Assembly: GCA_951406725.2 (NCBI GenBank)
Contig: OX597814.1
Coordinates: 26,288,001-26,352,000, forward strand
DNA from: Octopus vulgaris
Lineage: Eukaryota
Length of the DNA: 64,000 nucleotides
Direction: 5' to 3'
The first letter of the stretch is position 1. The number at the start of each line of letters is the position of its first letter. The notes beneath the pieces are model-generated. The model was not told the origin of the DNA. It saw only the letters and a program-made list of their open reading frames with translations, and did not search any database. Shown one piece after another: positions 53,862-64,000 of the stretch. The translations under genes and the position numbers were made by a program.

Positions 53862-55587
53862 GTAAGTATGCATGTGTGTGTGTGTATACATATATACTCA
53901 TACACTTTCTTACTCTCACATGCACACAAACCTACATATATATATGTATATAGTTTCTAATAATTATGATTCTAATGGTTACTTAGGGTGCCCCAAGAGC
54001 TGTAAAACGAATTTTATCAGAAATAACATATTCCCAACCAAAAGGTATTTTCACAAAAGCAAAGATTAGTAAAAATAAGATACTAAAAATTTCAAAAGAA
54101 GAAACAGGACTAAGATAAAAAGAAAATAACTGATAAGATTAATCTACACAAAGTATCCGATATATCATTATTATTATTATTACTTTCATTATTATTATCA
54201 TTATTATATTATCCTTATTATTATCTAGATATACTTTTTCTTTCATTTTTGTTCAGCATAACTTTAACTCTCAGTTACTACTGCATTTTAGTTTTACTTC
54301 TTTAAACACAGTAGCTACCTGCCTAGTAGCTTTGAAGAACAAACATAAAACCATCCAAACTAACCCACATACGCTCACATTTACACATATAGAATGATGC
54401 ATACACACATACACATATTGTCCTAACATTTGGCTCACTTAAAACATTATTTCTGTCAAAAGTTCATTACACATAAATGCATGTGCGTGCTTATATGTAA
54501 ATATATATATGCACAGAAATGCATTACATCTGTGAATGTATGTGTGTGGTGTATATATATATATATATATATTCATTCTATATGTCTATATGTGTGTATT
54601 GGTATTAAAAAGAATTACACAAGATTCACTGCAAAACATTTCAAAAATTGTCTCTAAAAGCATCTCATTTAGAACAAAGAATTAAATAAAGTCAAAATTC
54701 CAATCCCGGTTTGTCTGAAAATTCAATGAATAAGGATGCAAACATACTTAAATAACATGAAATGTCAATAAAGCCACACAATACTTAAATCAACAAGGCT
54801 GTGAGATATCATCCACCTATTGTCCCCAAGGAAGGTTTCTTTTAGATAGCTTCCACATATCTGAACCTCCCAGGTTCCTTATCACAAATTCATTACAACT
54901 GGGTTCAAGGAGTTTCATGGAATATTTTTCCTTGATGATTGAAGGCTTGTATAGGGCAGTCTCTCTTTATACCAGTCCTCTAGTATGTCTTGACCTACAA
55001 AACATTTGACCATGTGACCCAGTGAGAATCAAACTTATTAGGTCTTTGCAAACAGCTATTTTCACTGCATCTTATTTGACCAATCATATGTCAACTTCAC
55101 AAGTTTTGTCATTGAACAGGGTCCCATGCTAGGGCACTGTCACTAAAGATTTTAGTTAGTCATAACATCTCTGGTATTTATTTGAACATATTATTTAGCT
55201 ATAGTCAATAAAATATAGATTGATAAAATAAATTGCCTTTTTCAGATGGCATAATTTTCTTTAGTATTGTTGCATCAAGTGCATAAGTACAAACATGGAT
55301 GAAGGCACACACACAAACACACATAAATACAATACATACATGTATATAGGTAGATGTGAGTGTGTGTATGACATACAAGAGAATTCTGCACAGATTTCAT
55401 TTAACAAATTTCTCTCACAATGTATGTAGCTAAACCAAGTGTATAGTACTTACTCAAGGTTCCATGCAGATGAAACTGACTAATCCAGAACCATCTGGTT
55501 ATAAAGCAAACTGCTTAACCACACTGGTATGCTTGTCACTTTATATATATATATATGACATTAAATGATGATTATATATATATATAT

Positions 55588-55740
55588 CATCATCATCATC
55601 ATCATCATCGTTTAACGTCCGCTTTCCATGCTAGCATGGGTTGGACGGTTCAACTGGGGTCTGGGAAGCCCGAAGGCTGCACCAGGCCAGTCAGATGTGG
55701 CAGTGTTTCTACAGCTGGATGCCCTTCCTAACGCCAACCA
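55588..55740 (-). mobile_element. RTE-type 3' tail unit inside (TA)n
   Basis: (CAT)n CGTTTAACGTCCGCTTTCCATGCTAGCATGGG...CCTAACGCCAACCA. Confidence 0.9.
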
Positions 55741-56505
55741 TATATATATATATATACATACATACACACAGATACACACGCGCTCCCATCTAGCCATATA
55801 GATAGATACATTAATATAGATATGTATTGACTATTTTATGCTACTGGTGGATTAAGGATGGCTGTGAATTTCTCCTACCCTTTCTGCTATGCTTTCCATG
55901 TTGCAAAGGATGTCAATCGAACTGTCCAACCCATTTATCTCTCAAAACTACCTTTTGCTACCCTTTCTCTTATTTATTGTACCATGCACTCATGTAAGAA
56001 GGGATGGTATTGGACATATCCTTCTCTATTCAGTTACCTTACCACAGTCCTTATCACTCAACTTCACTTGTTCATTATGAGACTGATGTATAAGAAGATG
56101 CATCAAATCAGATCTGCTTGAACTCCATTCTTTCTACCATCACTATTTCCATCACTCACTCTTACCGTTACCCTTCTCTATCATTATCTGTAGGTCTCTC
56201 TCTCTCTCCTTCCACACCCTCTCACCTTAATCTCAGTTTTTACCATAATACTTTTGGTCCCTTCATTCACCCATCTTGATAGGTTCAAGCCACTCAATTT
56301 CTTATCTGGAGCCCTGATAGGAAATCAATAAGCTTGAACCTATCTGTTTTGAAGTCTTTGTATAATGAGTAGACACTTTGAATTTAAACAATGTTTTACT
56401 CTATTGGTATTGAGTTCTTAGAGTAATCATATCTCCTCTCTCACACTCTCCTTATATGTATATATATATATATATATACACACACAAAGTGTGTGGGTTA
56501 AATAA

Positions 56506-56586
<81 letters not shown>

Positions 56587-57064
56587 GATTTATTTAACCC
56601 TAACACACACATATACATATATAGCCATACACAATCACACACACTTACACTTATATTTTAAATGTGTGTATACTTATTTATTAACCTATTCAATACTCAT
56701 CTACTTATGGCTATCTATCCATGTAGTTACTTCTCTATCTGTATTTTTGTCTAAAGTAAGGGGAGGAGTTAGGTTGCAGATGAAGGTAGGTGGCTCTCTG
56801 GATACAGAGTTCATTTCATAATCATCTGGTTTATCCTACTGCTTGGACCCTTGGGCAAATGCTTTTTACTATAGCTGTCAACTGACTACTGCTTTGTGAA
56901 TGAAGTTCATCAATGGTGATTGTATGGATGTACAGGAATTTTGAACCTTTCAGTTATAATAATTAAAGAATACTCTACATTTATGCATTGAGTTCTTTAA
57001 TTTATCACTTCTCAGTGAATCATTAGAAATTTAAAGAGAGACACAAGGAGAGATACATAGCTAA

Positions 57065-57132
<68 letters not shown>

Positions 57133-57152
57133 CTCTCTATATATATATATAT
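57065..57152. repeat. (ATCT)n + (CT)n + (AT)n microsatellite
   Basis: Seen directly. Confidence 0.95.
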
Positions 57153-57260
57153 ATTTCTTTATTACCCACAAGGGGCTAAACACAGAGGGGACAAACAAGG
57201 ACAGACAAAGGGATTAAGTCAATTACATCGACCCCAGTGCGTAACTGGTACTTAATTTAT
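57153..57260 (-). mobile_element. Meta-domain SINE 3' fragment
   Basis: Reverse complement of 36852-36962. Confidence 0.85.
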
Positions 57261-57267
57261 CTCTCTC

Positions 57268-57298
<31 letters not shown>

Positions 57299-58784
57299 AT
57301 CTATCTGTCTACCTATATACACTATACACATATACATACATACATCTTCAGTTGTTACCTCACTGTATCCACTTATCTCCCAACATTATTATAACATTAC
57401 CATTCTACTAATAGCAGTATTTACCCATTTCTAACCAATGTCTCTAGTGAATGTGTCTAAATATATGTATGTGAGTATATGTGTATATGTGTGTATGGAT
57501 GTGTGTGTATGTTGTGCTTTAATTTTATCTTCATAAACTCAGGAACATGTGTTAACTCTGTGCTTTTGTATATTTCTATGTATGCTGGTGTGCAGTATGT
57601 GTGTGCTGAATGTGCAAACTTTCTCTGAGTGCAAACACGTGCATGATTTTTAAGTGATGGTGACAACCTGCATGTCTCAGTCTGTGTTTATTTACACATA
57701 CACACATATAATAAATACATTCTAACAGATATAGATAGATAGATAGATAAACAGACAGACGGGTATATAGAGAGACGTATGCATGACCATCACCTTCAAC
57801 AATAATGTAAAGGCCTTCATACCCACCACCGCATCATAATCATCATCATTGACACTATCGTATTCATCACTACTATTTGTATCATTCCCACTGCTTATCC
57901 CAGCCCTGTTACAGTTGTGCTTCCACCACCACAACCACTACCAATATAGCAACTATTACTACCTTCCTTAACACCACCACCATCAACAATAACACTACCA
58001 CTTAACAGAGCTCCTAATATCCACATTCATAATCTATTCCTATTGCTCAGCATTGTCAAACCTTAACGCATAAACATATTCACATGTATACACATTCACA
58101 CGTGCACTTATTCATGCATACACAAAGCATACGCACAGAACACTGACACAGAACTATAGCTCACACTCATTCACAGGTATGATGCATGAATGCATAAATG
58201 TGTTTACCTTAAATATATGTGTGTGTGTGTCAGAGAGAGAGTGAGAGAGCTTTACACAAACACACGCTCACAAATAAAAGTACAGAGACGTATACATAAA
58301 TGCATAAACATACTCATACATCCAACAAACTTTGATTTTATTGTTGCTTGAAAGACATGTGCGCAAGCCTGCACACACACACACACACACACACAAAATC
58401 TGTTGGAAGCACTGACACATGGAAACATCAACACAGAGAAATATGCTCGTACACACAGACACACATGCTCACAGGCACGCACACATGTAAACACATACAA
58501 AGAGCACATACATGCATATGCATACTTGCATCTTGACATACACAGCTTATACATGAAATGAAACCATGTGATCGTATTGACACTCTGCTGTATTAGCACA
58601 CACATACAAAGTTATCTACATTTTCACATTGATATTAAAATGGTTGCATTTATACATATACACATTTGCACACACTCACACATAAATGCATACCATATAC
58701 ATATATAAACATAAACCAACTTGCATGCTGTCACCTGAAATTTGACAAGCATACACATTCATTTATGTGTGCAAATATGCATAC

Positions 58785-60010
58785 ATGATGGTGGTGGTGG
58801 CTGTTTTGTTCATGTTGGTGGTGTATGTTTCCAGTGGTTCTGGTTATGTTAGTGGTTGGTGATGACAATGTTTATTTATTTTAGCAATCATCATCATTAT
58901 CATCCTCATCATCACCAACACCATAATCATCATCATCACCAACATCATTGTTATGAACATCTTCAGCACCTTCATCATCACTACTGCTGTTATTATCATT
59001 GCCATGCAATATTGCTGTTATTGTTGTTGGTGGTAGCATGTGAAATAATGCTGATGATGACAATGGTGACAATGATGGCATCAGATGGAGAAAGAATTCT
59101 GTTGTTGTTGTTGTTGTTGTTTAGCCTAAGGCCAACACTCATGAAGCAAACCTAAGATCAAACATGCTCCAGCCATGTCATACCATCTTTTTGTATATAT
59201 AGGACTACATCATCTAATTTGTCCTTTCCTTTTTAAGATGGTAATGAGTGACTTGAGAGAGGTTTGACTGCAATTTCTAGCAGTAGATCGACTGGCCTCA
59301 TAAAAGCTTACTGATTAATGTTGCTATTGATGTTGGCATTGCAAGAGGTGGCAGTTTGTAATGGAGATGGTGGAGAGGCATGGTAATGGTAGTAGCAATG
59401 TTACTATTACAGTTGTTGTTGATGAGGTGGTGTAGGTGGAAGTTGGTGGTAGTGATGGTGTTGTAGGTGCTGGTGGAAATGGTAGTAGCAATATGGTTGT
59501 TGTTTGGCGGTAGTGCTAGCAGTGGATGTGTTGGTGACAACAGTGGTAGTGGTGATACTAATGAGGTAAGTGGTGGGGTGAGATGGGGTGATAGTGATGA
59601 TGGTAGTGGTGGTGGTTGTCGTCGTCATCATCGTTGTTGTTGTCATCATGTTGGCATTGGTACTTTAGGTGGTGTCACCAGAGGCTACTGTGGTGGTTTT
59701 GATAGTGATTGAACCACTGATACTGATAACTAAATGAATCTCCCTACAATTCAACCAGCATGCCCAACTGTCTTAACCCCTGCTTCAGCCTCCACCAACA
59801 GCATTTTCAACTCTCTTTCACTTTCTCTCTCTTTCTCACACACACCTTTGCTCTTGAATTCATTCATCTATTCACTCAAAGCCTTACTACTACTATTACT
59901 ACAACAACTACTACTGCTTCTACACATCTGCTTCTACTACTACTGCTCCTGCAGCTGTGGCTGCTGCTACTACTACTAATACAGTTACTACAACTATTGC
60001 TACTACTTTT
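58785..60010. repeat. Trinucleotide-rich low-complexity region ((CAT), (GTT), (GGT), (ACT)) with an interspersed repeat at ~59120-59305
   Basis: Seen directly. The 59120-59305 piece resembles ~735-900, ~5250-5340 and ~23385-23520 (reverse). Confidence 0.8.
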
Positions 60011-60988
60011 CCAGCAAATCTCCTACACCTTCATGTGATTCTCTTCTTCCTTTTCATATAGTGCCAACTTCCTCATCCCCACTGCTCTGCTGTATTAACA
60101 TTGTTTGTGTACATCATTTAGTTGCCTTCACTCTCTTCTCACTTCCCCTACCAGCACAGATGCCACTCTGCCCCACTTCCTTATTCATCCCCCACTTCAA
60201 ATGTTTCTTCTTCTTCTTCTCTCTCTCTCTCTCTCTCCCTCTCTCTCTCTCTTACTCACACACACACATTTACTCTACTAATTTACTCTTTCCTAGCTCA
60301 CTCTCTTTTAACTCTTCTCTCTACCAAATTAATTTTCATTCACATAAATATATGCATATGTGTGTGTGTCACCATTAGTGTTGCTTTAGCATCCATTTTT
60401 CCATACTTGCATGGGTCAGACAGTTTATCGAAGCAGATATCTTATGGACCAATGCCCTTACTATCAGCAACCTTCACCTGTTTCCAAGTAAGGTTAATTT
60501 TTCCCCCATGGCCTGACATGTTTTCACTTGTATGAGAAGGACACTCATTTACAACTATCACACAATGTCTCAGGAAGGTGGTTTAAATATGCATGCATTC
60601 ACACACATATACATCCACTCTTATACATATATAAACACATATGATGAGCTTTGCTCAAATTCAGTCATCCAAATGCACTCACAAGACTTTGTCATCCTGA
60701 GGCTATTGTAAAAATCACTTGCACTTGGTGCCACAGAGTGGGACTGAACCTTACAATCATGTGGTTGAGAAACAAATTTCTCAAACACACACACACACAT
60801 ATACACAGAGTGAGAGAAAAACAGTAAGAAGGAGATCGATCGATAGAGAGAGAGGTAGAAAGAGAGAGTCAGATATACATACATTCATGTATATATAAGT
60901 ATGCATGTAGGTGTATGTATACATATAGGTGTGTATATATGTATACATGTAGGTGTTTCTATACATGTATTATATGCAAATCTGTATA

Positions 60989-61056
<68 letters not shown>

Positions 61057-61057
<1 letters not shown>

Positions 61058-61473
61058 TGCAGGAGTGGGTGTGTGGTAAGTAGCTTGCTTACCAACCACC
61101 TGGTTCCAGGTTCAGTCCCACTGCATGGCACCTTGGGCAAGTGTCTTCTACTATAGCCTTGGGCCAACGAAAGCCTTGTGAGTGGATTTGGTAGATGGAA
61201 ACTTAAAGAAGCCCGTCATATATGTATATATATATACATATATATATGTGTATATGTATATACATATATATATGTGTATATATATATATTTGTATATGTA
61301 TGTATATGTTTGTGTGTCTGTGTTTGTCCCCTCAACATCACTTGACAACTGAAACCGATAGAATAAGTACTAGGCTTACAAAGAATAAGTCCTGAGGTTG
61401 ATTTACTTGGCTAAAGGCGGTGCTCCAGCATGCTGCAGTCAAATGACTGAAACAAATATAAGAATAAAAGAAT
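61057..61473 (+). mobile_element. tRNA-headed SINE, family A
   Basis: High similarity to 22281-22693, with one internal deletion near 61350. Confidence 0.9.
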
Positions 61474-61477
61474 ATGT

Positions 61478-61671
61478 ATGAGGCCCAGCTGCAAAGTTCC
61501 TGGCTTAAAATGTACTGCAAATTGTCTGGCTGGAGGCTCAACCTTCTTTTACAGAGCTTAGAAAAATAAAAGACTACTGCAATAAAGGTGTGAATCTGAG
61601 AGGGCAATATGTTAAATAAATTCATAATTAACCGATCCTCCTACATTTTCTTTTACCCAAAGAAACCCCTT
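61478..61671 (+). mobile_element. Mariner-derived miniature remnant
   Basis: Begins TATGAGG...AAAGTTCCTGGCTT and contains the transposase C-terminal motif (CNKGVNLRGQYVK*). Confidence 0.6.
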
Positions 61672-61699
61672 TGTGTGTGTGTATGTATATATATATATA

Positions 61700-61882
61700 T
61701 CTTGCCAGTGGCATGTAAAAAGCACCCATTACATTCTTGGAGTGGTTGGTGTTGGAAAGGGCATCCAGCTGTAGAAATCATGCCAAATCAGATTGGAACC
61801 TGGAGCATCTCTCCAGCTTGTCCGTTTCAGTCAAACCATCTAAGCCATGTCAACATGGAAAGCAGATGCTAAATGATGATGA
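61700..61882 (+). mobile_element. RTE-type 3' tail
   Basis: GTGGCATGTAAAAAGCACC...GGGCATCCAGCTGTAGAAA...CATGGAAAGCAGATGCTAAAT(GAT)3. Confidence 0.85.
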
Positions 61883-61897
61883 TTTTATATATATATA

Positions 61898-62300
61898 TCA
61901 TCATCATCATCATCATCATTTAGCGTCCGCTTTCCATACTAGCATGGGTTGGACGGTTCAACTGAGGTCTGTGAAGCCAGGAGGCTGCATCAGGCCCAGT
62001 CTGATCTGGCAGTGTTTCTACGGCTGGATGCCCTTCCTAACGCCAACCACTCCGTGAGTGTAGTGAGTGCTTTTTACGTGCCACCCGCACATGTGCCAGA
62101 CGGAGCTGGCAAACGGCCACGATCGGATGGTGCTTTTTATGTGCCACCAGCATGGGGGCCAGGCGAGGCTGGCAACGGCCACGATCGGATGGTGCTTTTT
62201 ACGTGCCACCAGCACGGGGGCCAGGCGAGGCTGGCAATGGCCATGAACGGGTGGTGCTTTTTATGTGCCACCGGCGCTGGTATCACAGCTGCAATTTCCA
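61898..62300 (-). mobile_element. RTE-type 3' UTR and tail with three ~62-bp tandem units
   Basis: (CAT)n tail. Units begin GTGCTTTTTA at ~62067, 62132, 62192 and (partial) 62254. Confidence 0.9.
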
Positions 62301-62736
62301 TTGCAAGGTACAAGCAAGTAGGTTATATTCAGTTGCAATCGATGTCTTAACAGTTTTAGCCTGTGTGTGTGTGTGTGTGTGTTTGTGTTTGTGTGTGTGC
62401 TTGTGTCTCTGTCTGTCTCCCACTACTGCTTGACAACTGGTGGTTTGTATATGTCCCCCCCCCCCACGTACCTTAATGGCAAAAAGATCCCAATAGAATA
62501 AGTGCCAGGCTTAAAAAAAAAGTATTGAGGTCAATTCATTTGACTAAAAAATGTTGAAGGTGATGCCCCAGCATGGCTGAAGTCTTATATAACTAAAGCA
62601 GATAAAAGTTACACACACACACATACATATATATATGTGTGTGTGTGTGTATCTTTTATATAAATATATGTGTACATATATATATATGTGTGTGTATGTG
62701 TCTTTTATATAAATATATGTGTATATATATATATAT

Positions 62737-62777
<41 letters not shown>

Positions 62778-62780
<3 letters not shown>

Positions 62781-63720
62781 CCCATGTTTGACAGGAGCTG
62801 GGAAGTTGGAGAGATGCACTTGGCTCCAATTGTCTGTCTGGCTGGATGCCCTTCCTAACACCAGCTATTTTACAGAGTGAACTGAATGCTTATTACATGT
62901 CACTGGCATGGGAGCTTTTTATGTGGCATCAGCACAGGTGTTTTTTATGTGGCATCAGCACAGGTGTTTTTTTATGTGACACTGGCACAGATACTTTTCA
63001 CATGACACCAGCAGGGTTGCCAAGTTACACAAGACAAAATTCTCCATGTTGAGAGAGGTGGGTGGAACCAAAGGAAGTAACTGTGTGCCAGGTGAGAGGT
63101 TAGAGTACGATAGAGGGACACATATAGTTGTCTTACTATAGAGAAGATTCTTGGCCATCCAGTAGGACAAGGAAGAAGGAAGGTGGGAGAGAGTTAAAGA
63201 AAGATAGAGAGATAATCAGAGTGGGAGAAAAAGAGAAATGGATGGTGCTGGAGATGTATTAGAGCCTACCCTCAGTGAACAGTGGGGAGGAGTATAATTA
63301 GTACAGAGGGGATAGGGTGGATGTTGCATAAGGGTGTGAGGGATACGTTTAGAGATGGGGGGGAAGTAGCAAGTGATGCTGAGTGAATCTGGAGTGGATG
63401 GGAGGGTGGTAAAGAAGAATGAGAGGGACTGAGGCATGTGTAGCTAGGTACATGAGAGTGAGTGGAGGGGTGGATCAGGGCCTGCAGTAAGTGTTGGGAA
63501 GATGGGGGAGTTTTAACAGATCATATAATGTGTATGTGTGTGAGGAGATGTGTGTATGTATGGATAGCCACAATTTCACTTAGCTTGTAGTGTTGTTTAA
63601 AGTACAGCGAATTGCCAGAAGTCTTGGCCACTTGTCATCTCTGCTATGATATAACACAGAGTGTGTGCTCATGTGTGTCTGCAAATACTTACATTTTGCA
63701 TGCCTTGCATGAAAATCTGC
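62778..63720 (-). mobile_element. RTE-type long 3' UTR remnant
   Basis: GGATGCCCTTCCTAAC, ~26-bp TTTTTATGTGGCATCAGCACAGGTG repeats, then a purine-rich tract alignable with 1230-1420. Confidence 0.7.
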
Positions 63721-63926
63721 TGACCTTCAATCAGTGCAATTTGTTGTTATGTACTTGTCAAAAATGTGAATGTTGGTTCTGCACTTGTACAGACATGGAA
63801 TAAGAGATCCCTTACATGAAATGCAGGTCAGAGTTTGTGGTAAAAAGGGCATCTAACTGTAAAATTAAGTCCCAACAATATATTCATCTTGCCCATTCTA
63901 GCATGGAAAACTGAACATCAAACAAG

Positions 63927-63958
<32 letters not shown>

Positions 63959-64000
63959 TCTCTTTCATACGTCAGCCTGTGATGCAGCTGAACACATCAC

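Noticed and set aside
58856-60038. His/Thr/Gly/Leu-rich ORFs (also 28790-29045 and 32093-32548)
   Set aside because: Trinucleotide low-complexity DNA open in several frames, with no splice or domain evidence.
62060-62285. CRISPR-like array or HDV-like ribozyme
   Set aside because: The units are fully repeated with no unique spacers and lie inside a LINE 3' UTR. I could not build the P1/P1.1/P2 pseudoknots.

Overview
Repeat-dominated, AT-rich animal genomic DNA (intronic or intergenic), most likely from an octopus. That assignment is inferred from the (TA)n/(TATG)n microsatellites and the tRNA-headed CORE-like and Meta-domain SINE mix; it is not database-verified. No intact protein-coding gene is visible, and nearly all long ORFs in the track are microsatellite artefacts. 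Recognisable content: decayed RTE-clade LINE pieces with (GAT)n tails; CR1/L2/Jockey-type LINE pieces, including a head-to-head inverted pair at ~45.1-48.5 kb; four Tc1/mariner-superfamily elements (DD34E Tc1, an internally deleted DD36E Tc1-like element, a maT/DD37D-like remnant and a full-length DD34D mariner); two copies of a TTAA-flanked piggyBac-type MITE; and many SINEs. Best leads: a 59-bp-arm palindrome carrying a minimal hammerhead-ribozyme core (52198-52329, Penelope-like), the DD36E element, a PHD-like finger inside the RTE reverse transcriptase, an unexplained strand-skewed AT-rich island (~36.0-36.7 kb) and a few weak candidate exons. I see no convincing new multi-gene system. Repeat boundaries are estimated by eye unless TIRs or TSDs are quoted.
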